This document shows, piece by piece, positions 39,640 to 52,638 of a stretch of DNA of 64,000 nt. The position numbers were made by a program, and so were the translations under genes. The notes beneath the pieces were generated by a model. That model was not told where the DNA came from. It made no database searches and worked only from the letters and a program-made list of their open reading frames with translations. Origin of the DNA: the human T2T-CHM13v2.0 reference genome, Homo sapiens; assembly GCF_009914755.1 (NCBI RefSeq), contig NC_060936.1; one strand, written 5' to 3'. The stretch's first letter is position 1, and the number at the start of each line of letters is the position of its first letter.

Positions 39640-40330
39640 CTTGCAGGGGCCTCTAGGGAAACAGACAAAATAAAATGCAATTCCTGTTCTCCATGTGTTT
39701 ACAACTCTGAGGGGAGAGGCCACTATACACATCCCACTGGGAGGCTGGGGCAGGGGAATAGTTGATTTGGCTGGTGACAGGATCCTACAGGTGACGGTGA
39801 AGCTGCCTGGGGCTCTGCAAGGGAAGGGCTGGAAGGAGAGCATCCTGGGGCAGAGGAGACAATGGTGTGCTTGTCTAGCTGAGCATGAAGCATAGGCCTG
39901 TGGGTGTGCACATTCAGGTGAGCATGATGCAAAGGCCACAGGTGTACCCGTCTAGGTGAACATGATGCAGAAGGCCACAGGTGTACATGTCCAGGTGAGT
40001 GTGATGGGAGCAGCAGGAGCTGGGTCTGGACAGGCAGGTGGAGATGAGGTGACCCAAGTGTCTTCCTAATGGAAAGCAAGGCCTGCTGTGGTCACAATGT
40101 GGGGTAAGGATTAAACAGAGCTGTATCAGGATGGGGTGTACGTCTCAGGTGATCCCTGGAGAGGTTTGAAGAAGGAGGCAGAGGGTGGTCATGAGGCAAG
40201 GTGAGTAAGGTGTGACGAGTGGGAGGAGAAGGCAGATTCCAGAGACAGGTCTGGCTAGAACCAGCAGGACTCAGGGACAGAATCTGTGTGGGGGATGGAG
40301 CTGAGTGGGAGGCAGTGGCGTCCCTGAGGC
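39640..40330 (-). mobile_element. L2 fragment containing a degenerate ~38-bp tandem repeat
   Basis: ACAGACAAAA..CCTGTTCTCCATGTGTTTACAACTCTGAGGGGAGAGGC resembles antisense L2. The repeat is at 39873-40006. Confidence 0.55.
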
Positions 40331-41853
40331 CAAAAACAAGGGCCTTGGACAAGGCCCTTGTCCAAGGACAAGGGATGGAGCCTGGGACACAAGTCCTAGT
40401 CATGTGCGTTTATTATAAAGTGCAGCTCAGGAGCTTGTGTCCATGACAGAGTAATTGGCCAGACTGGTCCCCTACCTCTGCCATAAACAACTTGGAGCTT
40501 GAATAGAAACCAGGAAACAGCAGTTTTCAGACACTAAGCAGGCAGCACAGGTCTGTGATTCTAGAGAGAAGGAAACAAACCAGGCTGGGACCCCAGGCGA
40601 CCAGCAGGGGTCATTTGGTTTCAGTGGGGCCTTGCAGGTCCTGGGGAGCTGAGGGCTGCACAATTCTCAGAGCTCCCTCAGGGCTGGGGGATGGTTATGT
40701 TGAGAGCAGCCAGGTGGAGATCAGATCACACATGGAGCTGGCTCAGGACCCCTGGAAATGAGACTCACATCCATGCGGCCAGCGTCCGTGTCCCCTGCCT
40801 CTGAGAATGGCCAGGGCTGGGAAGCCAATGGAGATGTTCCCGCCTGCACTGCTGTCACACTGGGTGGTGTTGTCAGGGTGACTCACGTGGACACTCAGCA
40901 TCTGAGGACAAATGAGAGTAGATGTTGGGGTCCTGTACACAAAAGGCACCACAACAGGAGAATGAGTCCTGTCATCACTTGACCTGGCTGTCTTTATTTT
41001 AGTTCCATGCTATGACACTCCTGACAGCACAGATGTGGCAGTGTGGAATCATGAATGTTATCTGCCCTGTCCAAGTCCATCAGGGAGAGACAAAATAGGT
41101 GTGTGGTCATGGAGCTCAGATTCCCTGTGGTCCCCCCATGTGCAATTAGCATCTTCGGGTGACATCACCATTTGTCCACAGCAAAGCCCCTTTCAGAGCA
41201 CCCCCGTCCATCTTATGCCTGAGTGGAGCCAACGAGGCCCCTGAGGCTCCCTGCTAATTGCTGTTTCTCATGTGTCCATGCCTGTGTGGTTTGAACACGA
41301 GGAGGGGCTGAAACTGGGGCAGCTGGGCAGGCTGCCTCACCTTTCAAATAGTGGGACCCTCTTCTACGTGTGGGGAACCGCCAGCATGTCCTTGGCTCAA
41401 GTCACTCTGGAGGTCCCAGGAGTATGAACACTGCTGCCTCCCACTGTTATCCTGCATGCTTGTCTAGGGTCTTGCTGACGAGGGCACGTTTTCTAAAACT
41501 ACCGAGAGAACTGGAGATCATCATGCTAAATGAAATAAGCCAGACACAGAAAGACAAACATTGCTTGTTCTCACTTATTTGTGGGATGTAAAAATCAAAA
41601 CAATTGAAATCATGGACATAGAGAGTAAAAGGATGGTTACCAGAAGCTGGAAGGGTAGTAGTAGGGTGTGGTGGGGATGTCTAATGGGTACAAAAAATAT
41701 AGTTACAAAGAATGAATAAGACCTACTATTTGATAGCACAACAGGGTGACTGTAGTCAATAATAATTTAATTGTATGTTTTAAAATAACTAGAAGAGTAT
41801 AATTGGATTGTTTGTAACACAAAGGATAAATGCTTGAGAGGATGGATACCCCA

Positions 41854-42218
41854 TGGTATGGTCTGGATGTGTCCCCACCCAAATCTCATCCTGAATTGTA
41901 GCTCCCATAATTCCCATGTGTTATGGGAGGGACCTGGTGGGAGATAATTGAATCATGGGAGCAGTTTCCCCCATACTGTTTTCACGGTAGTGGATAAGTC
42001 TCATGAGATCTGATGATTTTATAAGGGGTTTCCCCTTTCTCTTGGCTCTCATTTCCCTCTCTTGCCTGCTGCCATGTAAGACGTGCCTTTCACCTTCCAC
42101 CATGATTGTGAGGCCTCCCCAGCCATGTGGGAGTGTGAGCCCATGAAACCTCTTTTTCTTTATAAATTACACAGTCTCAGGTATGCCTTTATCAGCAGTG
42201 TGTGAACAGACTAATATA
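41854..42218 (+). mobile_element. THE1(C/D-like) solo LTR
   Basis: TGGTATGGTCTGGATGTGTCCCCACCCAAATCTCATC...CAGACTAATATA. The TSD is CCCCA / ACCCA. Confidence 0.93.
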
Positions 42219-42264
42219 ACCCATTTTACCTGATGTGATTATTATGCATTGCATGCCTGTGTCA

Positions 42265-42668
<404 letters not shown>

Positions 42669-43383
42669 TTAATTTTCGTTCTTAAGCTAAAGAAATCATC
42701 TCTCCTTCAGTCCAACGCATTTCACTCTTCAACAGTACTGCTCAACCGTTTGAGTATCTGCGGCCTTTTCATTGTTCTCAGCCCATAGACCAGAGTCAAA
42801 GGATGAAATAAAACAGTTGATTCCAGACCACTGGGGCCAGTGTCATCAGCGTGTGTATGTCATTGGCAGCCACTTCTTTTGAGGACCCACTATTAGCTGC
42901 TCATCTACAGGGAAGATCCTGGAAAATTCTCACAAAATCAAATCTTGGCCTTTCCTTACAATCTTTTACTTCTGGTCTTTTGAAGACAATGAAACATATT
43001 GTTTGTTGTCATCATGAAAGTTTTAAAAAAGATCTTTACAATTTTGCTCCTCTCAGAAAGTTATTTTTGTCTTCATATTTTCCCACATGTCCTGTATTCA
43101 TTAATGAAACAAAGGAAAGGTGCGTGGCTCTCCCCAGTGGGATAATCTGAGTTATGAGAATGTTTGCTGCAAAGGGCTTTCTGATGTATTTGAATAATAA
43201 AGATGTTCAGGAAGGTGATCTCAGTGAGAAATAATAGCAAAGTTAGATTGGAATACTCAGCAGGGGAGGCACTGGCAGTACCCAGGAGAGCCAGAGCTGG
43301 GAGCTTATGGACCTTCTTTAGGCGGGGCTATGAGTCCTCCCTGAATTCAGGGAGATGCATTTGGAGCCTGTGAGTCTGATGGA

Positions 43384-43578
43384 AGGAGGAGATTCTCAGA
43401 GTCAGGGTCAGACCCACACATGCTTACTGTGGCCAGGCTGATCACAGGTACTGAGACTGAAGGGCTGGTGCTGGCCTGGGAGGAGGAGTTCCTCTCAATC
43501 AGGGTCAAACCCACACATGCTCACTGTCACCAGGCTGATCACAGGTAATGAGACTGGAGGGCTGGTACTGGCCCCGGG
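43384..43578. repeat. Two-copy tandem duplication, 97-bp period
   Basis: TCAGGGTCA(G/A)ACCCACACATGCT(T/C)ACTGT..CCAGGCTGATCACAGGTA(C/A)TGAGACTG(A/G)AGGGCTGGT(G/A)CTGGCC starts at 43402 and at 43499. Confidence 0.92.
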
Positions 43579-44049
43579 AGCCCCTGCCCCTCTAACCAGG
43601 AGATGCCCTCAGCTTCAGCTGATAGTTGCTGCAGAGGGATGTGGGGCCGGGACCACACCAACTTCTGTTGATTGTTTCAAGAGAAGTCAGACATCTGGAT
43701 TTGAGGTAGAATCTCTCAATTTTTGAATGTTGACACTTTAGAAACACCATGCAGGGCAACAGAAAACACATCTTCATTCCAGTTTGCAAACTTCATCCTC
43801 GAACTGGTTGTAAGCGGCTCTTTCTCATCATCTGCCACAGGCACTTTGGACTCTGTTGTTTTCTTCTCTCATGAACCTCAAATCTCATCCCAGTCCTTAC
43901 GTCCAGGGCGTTTCCTCCCGGCGCTGCCAGGCCACCCTTGCCTTCTTCCTTTGCATCCCGCTGGTCTCCTCACCTTGAGTTAGGAAAGCTGCTCCCTGCC
44001 TCGTCCACAAGCCTGGTTCTCGACCTCGCTGTGCTGTTCAATCTTCATA

Positions 44050-44341
44050 GAAAGCAAACTTTATTTCCCAATGATTTCAGGAAAGTCTCAGCTTGGATCT
44101 CATTGGCCCAGGCTGAGTCATGTGCTCATATTTGAACCAGTCACTGTGATTCATGGAATATGCTGATTGGCTGGGCTGGCTCACATGACAGCCCCTGGGA
44201 TTGCAATGGCAGTCAACTCCATCTGAAGCACGTGGACTAAAAGTGTGGAATGGTATTTTTGCCAAAGGAAATGTGGTGTACTGTTAATCAGAATAAAGGG
44301 AATAGATCGCAGGTTGACTAAAATCATATATGTCCCCTACA
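44050..44341 (-). mobile_element. MLT1K-like LTR fragment
   Basis: TCTCATTGGCCCAGGCTGAGTCATGTGCTCA..TGAACCAGTCACTGTG..TATGCTGATTGGCTGGGC. Confidence 0.7.
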
Positions 44342-45892
44342 CTTGGATTTCAAACTGATTGACCATTTAGCCTTTAGAATGTATGAACCAGGACTCTTAG
44401 CCAATTTGATTCCTAAGTAGATATTATATTATCTCTTTATTCAAATGAATAATTTTGTTTGTATTCATAGAGGACCAGCTATGTGTGCTATGCCTGGTTG
44501 TGCTGAACAGAAAGAACAAGACTGTTTCTGTCTTCATGGAGGGGCGAGTCTGGCAGTGAAGCTAGACCATAAATAAGTACCCAAATAATTAATTATAATT
44601 ATGAGAAATGCCATGAAAAAGAGAAATATTAGGAGGTTAGAGTGTGTAAAACACAGATATCTGGTATAGCCTGGCAAGTCAAAGGTTGCTTTTCTGAATA
44701 GGTGACGTCAAATTGAGCCCTGCACGATAAATAGATGTCCCCGAAGTGAGGCATGGGTGAGCTGAGGTGTGGCTGGACTATGGGCTGGTTGAACTCGGAG
44801 TAGATGTTGACATATCTATCAGCCTGCATTCAGTTTCCATAAAGGCTTCTAAATAAAAATATTTCTATGACCTTCTTGAGGATGATTACTACCAATAAAA
44901 TTTGGTTCTTCTCTCTGGAAGAAAACTTGACTAATCCACAAGCAGCAACCTGTGAACTTTTGGTCGTGCTCTATACAATTATGTTGGCATATTTGTTTGT
45001 TTGTTTGAGCCATGCACAAAGCCTCATGACCCAGACCCAAGGGCCCCTGTTAATTTGCTGAGTAGCTAAGCTTAGGATAGAGTTTGGGACCCAAGAATGG
45101 AGGTTTCCTCTAGAAAGCTAACTGGTCTCTATGATGTTAAAGCTTTTAACCTTGGCATCATGTTCCAAATGTTCCAATTGTGTGAAAGTTTGCAGGGTAA
45201 TAATTTATCTCTCAAATATTAAGTAAACTAAAAGCAATGGCAGTACTTCTCTTGAGCTGAATGAAGCGTCCACTCGATACTTCTGATCCTCTCCTGACAG
45301 ACTGCTTTACTCAAATTCTACTTGTGAAGCAAATGGGTTTTCATCAGTGGCAGGATATTTTAAAAGTGCAATATTCATAGTCCTCTGTTAGCTGACCATC
45401 CCTTGAGACTGAGTAGGAACTCGCATTGTGGTCTGAATTGCTACATCCTTTTATTGTCACAATAGGGATGGATGGCAATGGGGTGTGCTGTCAGTGTGAT
45501 GTGCATTTCAGAGTAGAATTTCTTCTCCCTAAGCTCTCTGTTAGTTGCTTATAGCTTTCCCCCTCTTTGTGCTGGTAACTATTCACATTTTTCATTTATA
45601 AAATCAATTTTATTTCTATTGCATTTTCTCTGTTTACGATTGTGATTGCCTGGACTGATTGTCTTTGGGACTCCATGACCGTGCACTTGGAGAGAGATTA
45701 ACAGAAGCAATATGTAGTCACCCACTGCAGAGTCCTTGGAATCTCAGCTCTCCCTGGTTTGACAGCAAGCTCTGGGTCATGACCTACCTCCAGCTTCTCA
45801 TTGCTGGGAGGAATAGAATTAGAGGGATGGTGAATGAAGGGCAAGGTATTCTTTTTCTCCTTGTTCCAGGAAAGGCTCTGTTAATATTCATC

Positions 45893-46259
45893 CCTATTAG
45901 TCCATTTTCACACTGCTATAAATATACTACTTGAGACTGGGTAATTTATAAACAAAAGAGGTTTAATTGACTCACAGTTCTGCATGGCTGGAGAGGCCTC
46001 AGGAAACTTAGAATCATGGCGGAAGGTGAAGGAGAAGCAGGCACTGTCTTCACAAGGTGGCAGGAGAAAGAGAGCAAGAGCAAGGAAGTGCTATACTTTA
46101 AAACCATCAGCTCTCATGAGAATTCCCTCACTATCATGAGAACAGCATGGGAGAAACCACCCCATGATTCAGTCCCCCCTCTCCAGATCCCTCCCTTGAC
46201 CCATGGGAATTATGATTTGAGATGAGATTTTGGTGGGGACACAGAGCCAAATCATATCA
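45893..46259 (-). mobile_element. MSTA/THE1D-like solo LTR
   Basis: TATTAGTCCATTTTCACACTGCTATAAA..GGCCTCAGGAAACTTAGAATCATGGCGGAAGG..GGGGACACAGAGCCAAATCATATCA. The TSD is TCATC / CCATC. Confidence 0.92.
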
Positions 46260-47934
46260 CCATCCATTTAAAAGGTGACCCTAAAACTAATGGTAAATAA
46301 TATTAACCTGATAGCAACTGAACTCTCTCTCAGCCAGGGGTCATGTCTTCTTGGAGCAGAATATCAGTGAGCCTTGGGCAGCTGTGGGACAAGAGATGAC
46401 TGGACTCTGTGGGATTTGCTCTGACTCGGTCTAGAATGCCACATGTCTTCTTGGGGCAGGCCATCTCCCTCTTTAGCTTTTGGGTTGGCAATTGGCAGGA
46501 AGTAGCCATGGCTTCCTCTGGGTGTGCCTATATCTGGTTTAAATGTTGGATGGGTCGAAACTGCTTTAGGCCCTCTCTGATACAGACTGTTGCTTGTCAT
46601 TTCCCCAAGTAGATTCTGTGCTTCTTAGCAAATGTCCTTGATGGGCTTGTGGGCTTCTCAGGGTTGGGGAGCTGTCACCCTGGTACACACAGCATCTACT
46701 GCAGGGCCTGGCCCTGAGCAGGTGCTCAGTGACTGAAGTATTAATAGTAACTTTCTTGTCTTCGTGATTAAAGTCAATCTCTGCATACACTGGCATCATT
46801 TGCATTGTGTGGTGTGGGGTGCACCAGGCAACTTTGGTGTTCCATTGTAATTTCTTGAAGTTACTCAATTGCCCTGAGCATGAGTTCTGAAATTGATTTC
46901 CAGACCAGACTGTAAGAATGTGAATTCAGTGCTCAAATTAGCAATCAGCATCAAGGGCATGGGGTAATCATTTATTTTGCTAAATAACACAGACATGCTC
47001 TGGCTTAATTACAGTAGTTTTGCTGTGGAAAAGAATTGTGTTGTTTTCCATGTCATTGTATCTCATTAATGAGACTTTGTACACTTTTATTGGCAATACT
47101 CTGCAGTGCCCTTTGGTCTGAAATGATTTTCCAATTTGCTAATGTCACTTGTGAAAGAGGAACATTTCCAAACTATTTTTTGGAGGTATGATAATTGTGT
47201 TTTGGAAAAGCCTCTAATGTTAATCCCTCAAAATCCTCAAATGTTAATCCCTCAAAATCCTAGCTCTGCTACTAGGTAGCTGGATGGTATTGGACATGTT
47301 ATTTAACATTTCTGGACCTGAATTTACTCTGTAAAATAAGTGGGTTCATTCTTTTGTCCTCTCAATGATCAGAAATTACCTAGAAAATATATGGAAATTA
47401 AGGCTGTAATTTGCCTATTATTTTCAGTAAGGTCCAATGATGAAAAGTGCTGACACTTCTAACTAGTGTTGATATTATTCTAATTGATGAGATTGATAAG
47501 GAGAACAAGACAGTTACTAAATAATTAATGCCTTCATCAGGTAAGGCAATAACTCCTCTTATTAATGCATTATGACTTTGTGTGTCTACCTGGTATCTAG
47601 AAATGAACTGCTCAGTGACAATGTCCTATCCAACTCAATCCACTGCTAAAGAGTTAACAGGAAAGTATCTTAGAGTCTGGTTTACATTATTGCAGGCAAG
47701 CCTGGACCTGGCTTCCTACTCCCTTGAGAGACACTGGCCTAGGGTGTGCCCCCTGGACGGACAGCCTCTGGCTCTTAGCTGCATCTCCAGTGGACACAAT
47801 CTTACATACTTTATTGCAATTTTATTGGGCTAATTGCTTAATAGGCCATCTGGTCAATACAGTCTTGTGGAAGGATATCTGGGCAACCCATCAATCGAGA
47901 CACTTGGTCAGTCATTTTATAAACAATTCTTTAT

Positions 47935-48206
47935 CTTAATTACTGAGTTACATGAGATTTGGTTGTTTAAAATTCTGGGGCCCCCTGCCTCGCTCTCTCT
48001 TGCTCCTGCTCTTGCCATATAACATTCTGGCTCCTCTTCCCCTTCTGCTGTGACTGGAAGCTTCCTGAGTCCCTCACTAGAAGCAGCTGCTGGCACCATG
48101 CTTCCTGTAGGGCATGCAGAACCATGAGCCACAATAAATCTATTTTCTTTATAAATTACCCAGTCTCAGGTATTCCTTTATAGCAACACAAAAATGGCCT
48201 AAGACG
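47935..48206 (+). mobile_element. MSTB-like LTR, 5' part missing
   Basis: GGAAGCTTCCTGAG..AGAAGCAGCTGCTGGCACCATGCTTCCTGTA..ATAAATTACCCAGTCTCAGGTATTCCTTTATAGCAACACAAAAATGGCCTAAGAC. Confidence 0.85.
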
Positions 48207-49719
48207 CCAGGGTTCAGAAGAGAGGTCTGGCCTGGAGCTACAGCTTCAGGAACCACCAGTATATAGAGGATATTTAAAGCATGTCATTTCAAGATCATTA
48301 GATTTTTAGCAGCATCTCCCCAGATTCTCCTTTCCCCACAGTAGCAGGACCACTTCTGGCCATTCCCTGTTTTTTCCCATTCCTTGTCAGATAGGAGATG
48401 GAACAAGGGTGCAGCTGCCTAAGGATGGGTGGCCACTGGCATTTAATAAAATGCCTGCTGTGAGAAGGCAGCTCAGAGCATGGTGGAAATCGCTCTGTTC
48501 CCTGATATCGGAGGGGAAGGGAAAATGAAATACAGACCTTTTCAGGTAGTTCTCACCAGGACAACCAAAGCACTAATTGAAGGCTTGAGTGATGGATTTC
48601 TATGTGCCCCTCTGTGAGGCTTTCATTCCTGTTGTGAGCATCACTGTTCTGCTATGCAGAGCAACTGACATGATTCACAGACTGTAGATACCTCCATGGC
48701 CAGGCTGGCGTTTCTGAATTATGAATGTTTCACAGGAGAATGACTGGAAGTAGAAAAAGAGGTTCTTTGTAGTTGAGGAGAAAGGAAGAAAATGCTGGAA
48801 TATCAAAACCTGAGCAATGGAGGGCTCTTATCACTTGGAATGGCAGATGGTCCAGATCCTGGGCCTGTGCTGGGGCTCTGCCTTCTGCAGACACCTGTAG
48901 GTTTCCACCAAGTGTCCAGTTGTTTATGCATTTCTGTGACAATGAGTCATTGAGGGCTTAGTCTGGACCTGGTGTTGGCTATCGAGGGGTTTCCACCTTT
49001 AGGAGCTCAGAGTCAGGTGGAGGACACACATGTGAACAAACAAATGAAGTTTAAGGCTAATGTAAAGGCACAGTGATGCTCTAAGGAGGATTGGCACACT
49101 GTTCGCGATGGATCAAAGAAGACATCTCGGGACTGTCCCTGCACCCATCACAGCAGTTGATGCTGGGATGGGCATATGGTCCAACTGCCAGTGAACATCC
49201 CAAGGCTTTTGTTGTACTGCTGGGGAGAAGAACTTCTCCTTCTTTCCCTCTGTCAACCACTACCCTCCCTCTCCTTTATGGATTCAAATAGTCCTGGCAG
49301 CCATCCTGCCTCCATGTAGAACCTCAGAATGGAGACAAGGAAGAGAATAGAGCTGAGAAATTGAGACACAGATAGACAGATGGAGAGAGATGGTGGGGTT
49401 GGGGATGGGGAAGTGGTGAAGCAAAGGTTCTGGGAATATTATTGAAGTTCCTGGATCCAGCCCTGTTTGAAGCCCTATTAGATACATCATCTCCTTGTCT
49501 CCCCTCTCCTCCTCCTCTTTCTCCTCCTTTTTCTCCTCTTCCTCACTTTTCCCCTTCTCCTCCCCCACCCTCTTCTTCTTCTCCTTTGGAAAAAGAGCAG
49601 CACTGAGTCTTTGAACCATTCCTGTGGGCAGAGAAATGAGATATGCTTATTGGCTTAGATCCAGGTACTGTGGTTCATGAGTCCTCCTACACATCAGTGA
49701 AGAAATGCTTTTGTTTTGT

Positions 49720-50445
49720 GTAATTTTTAAATTCAGGTAAATGTCACATAACATAGTTCAACATTTTAAAGTGTACAGTTCAGTGGTATTTAGTATATTC
49801 ACATTGCTGTAGAACCATTTATTCACTCTAATTACAAAACTATTTCGTCACCCTGTAAAAACACCTATATCCAGTAAGTAATCATTCCCCATTCTCCTTT
49901 CTCATATTCTCATAACCTCTAATCTGCTTTCTGTCTCTACATATTTGCCTATTTTGGACATTTCATGTAAATGGAATTATAAGCTGTGTGAACTTTTGCA
50001 TCTGGCTTCTTTTGCTTAGCATAATATTTTCAAGGTTCATAATATTTTCTCATAGCATGTATCAGAACTTCATTCCTTTTTATGACCTAATATTATTCAT
50101 TTTATGGACAGACCACATTTTGTTTATCCATTCTTTTGTTGATGGACATTTGGGTTATTTCCATCTTTTGGCTATTGTGAATAATGCTGCTGTAAACATT
50201 CATGTACAGATTTCTGTGTAGATGTATTCTTTCAGTTCTCTTGCATATGTATCTAGGAGTACAATTGCTGGGTCATATGGTAACTCTATGTTTAACTTTT
50301 TGAGGAACCACCAAATTGTTTTCTGCAGGGCTGCACCATTTTACATTTCCACCAGCTATGTAGGAAGGTTCCAATTTCTCCACATCCTTGTCAATATTTT
50401 TTCTTTTCTGTTTTTCTGATCAAAGCCATTTAGTGGGTATGAATG
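49720..50445 (-). mobile_element. L1MB-type 3' end
   Basis: CATTTTAAAGTGTACAGTTCAGTGGTATTTAGTATATTCACA..GATGGACATTTGGGTTATTTCCATC..ATTGCTGGGTCATATGGTAACTCTATGTTTAACTTTTTGAGGAAC. Confidence 0.9.
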
Positions 50446-50629
50446 TCTGTTTGTGCTTAAGCCAGTTTGGCTGTATTTTCTGTCACTTGCATTGAATAAT
50501 TTTATTTGTTGTGTTTTTGAAGGATGAACAGATTTTGACGTGTGGTAATGGTAAGGGAAATAATGTCAGACTGAGGGAACAGCATGAATGAAATCATGGA
50601 GGTGGGGAAGCCCAATGTATGTTCCAGGA

Positions 50630-51395
50630 ATTTCACCTTTGGTGAAGAGACTCTTCTTTCCCCATAGTGTATGTGGCTTTGTTTAAGATCATTTGACCAA
50701 TACGTGAGGGCTTATTTCTGGGCTCTCTAATCTGTTCCATTTGTGCATATGTTTGTGTTTATGGCAGTATCATACTGTTTTGATTACATATTTTGAACTT
50801 GTAGATTGTTTGAGCAGTATGGACATTTTAATAATATTAAGTCTTTCAATTCATGAACATGGGATGTCTTTCCATTTAGCCTTCTTTAATTTATTTATTC
50901 AATGGTTTTAAAAAAAATTTTCTGCATACAATCCTCTAACCGTCTTGGTTAAGTTTATACCTAAGTATTTTATTATTTTGGATTCTATTGTAAATGGGAT
51001 TGTTTTAATTTCATTTTCAGATTGTTCATTGTTAGTATATAGAAACACAACTGATTTTTATACATTGATTTTGCTGAATTAGTTTATTGGTCCCAACAAT
51101 TTTGTGTGGAATCCTTGGGGTTTTCTACCTATCAAATCATATTACCTGTGAACAGAGATAATTTTATTTTTTCCTTTCCAATTTGGATGCCTTTTATTTC
51201 TTTTTCTTGCCTAACTGCTCTGTCTTGGACTCCCAGTACTTTGTTGAATAGAAGTGGTGAGAATGGGCATCTTTACCTTGTTCCAGATCTTGGAGGAAAA
51301 GCTTTTAGTTTTTCACCATTGAGTATGATGTTAGCTGTGGGCTTTTCACATATGGGCTATTTTAGATTGAGGTAATTTCCCTCTACTCCTAGTTC
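50630..51395 (-). mobile_element. L1M ORF2 fragment
   Basis: TTTCCAATTTGGATGCCTTTTATTTC..TTGAATAGAAGTGGTGAGAATGGGCATC..TTCACCATTGAGTATGATGTTAGCTGTGGG. Confidence 0.85.
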
Positions 51396-52237
51396 TCAAG
51401 GCATGTTAAGTTTCGTTTCTGCCATTGTAACCAAAACACTCTTTACAAATATAAGATTATAATTGTTCAAAGTTATAAGTGATGTTATTTTTTCTACCTT
51501 AAAAGACCTCATTCTCATTCATACAGTTGGTCAATACATATTGGCTTAGCATGTGCCAGCCAACAAACAAATATTATTTATGGTGATTTTGACAAGTATC
51601 TCCATTTACAAATACATGAACATTTGTGTTGTGCTGCCTTGGGAGGGGAGTAGGTGTGCCTGGGTCTTTGATGATGAGGCCAGTGAGAAGTAGAGGACAA
51701 GATCACATGAGATCACATGAGGTCACACGAGGCAGGGAAGAGTCTCCACTGGAGCTCAGGTCACCCGGTTTCCAGCCCGGTGTCTTCTCCCCTCAAAATG
51801 AAGAGCTTTTAGGTTTCATTTTGTGCCATTTCAGGAGAATTCCTTTAACTGAAACTGCTTGTTGAAACAGTTGCCTGGTAGTTGTTGTGTGTGTTCAGCT
51901 GTAACATAAAAGTATTCTTTCTCTGATTTTCATGAGAGGGTTGTGTGCAGAGTGCTGCAATCATGATGAAAGCATTGTTCCCCATGCCTCACAGCACAAG
52001 CCTCATCCATACACCAGATGGTTCTCTGGTGTGTTGTGAAGACAGATTTGCTCTAGGAAATGCTGTTTAGCAGTGGGTCATCACCAAGGCAGGGAGGCTG
52101 CATCACTCCCAATATTAAAATACAATTTATTTTGCTTTCCAGTGACCATTTTTGAAAGGCACATGCGGGTTGAAAGTCCCATTTGCTGGTTATAGCTGGG
52201 GACATCCATGGCTGAGCTGGACTTCTATGCTGAGGAT

Positions 52238-52638
52238 TGTACAGATAATTCTGAGCCAGCCATGACGGGCCTGCTTACATCTCCTTTCAAGAGAGAGCTT
52301 GTCCTTTGCTGGGAGGAGTGAGCTGCACCAACAGTCTCCAGTGTTCCCACCTCAGCTGCTGAGCTAAGCTAAGGCCCACTCTTTCTCAAGCCCCAACCAT
52401 CAACTGCAGACAGTGGGGATTCTGGGCCTGGCCGTCTCTGGCCCAGGAAAGACTTGTCTACTACAGAGTGGTCTTTGCTGCAGAGTCCTGAGCCTGGCTA
52501 GGGGAGAATTTTTCAGCTCTGCATTGCGGTTGGAGTCTCTCCCTGCCCTCTCCTGCTACCTCTCCTTTTATTTCTTGCTCTTGATACAACTTTTTACTCC
52601 ACATTTGTGTCTGTCTTGTGGAGGATCTAAGTGACACA
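52238..52638 (+). mobile_element. LTR16-family ERVL solo LTR
   Basis: The 3' end GCTCTGCATTGCGGTTGGAGTCTCTCCCTGCCC..TCTGTCTTGTGGAGGATCTAAGTGACACA resembles recalled LTR16 termini. Confidence 0.55.

Noticed and set aside
39873-40006. CRISPR-like array
   Set aside because: The units are contiguous and degenerate with no unique spacers. The context is primate DNA with no cas genes.
42113-42126. PRDM9 hotspot motif in THE1 LTRs
   Set aside because: The LTRs read CCTCCCCAGCCAT (or TCTCCCCAGCCAT), not the hotspot-associated CCTCCCTAGCCAC.
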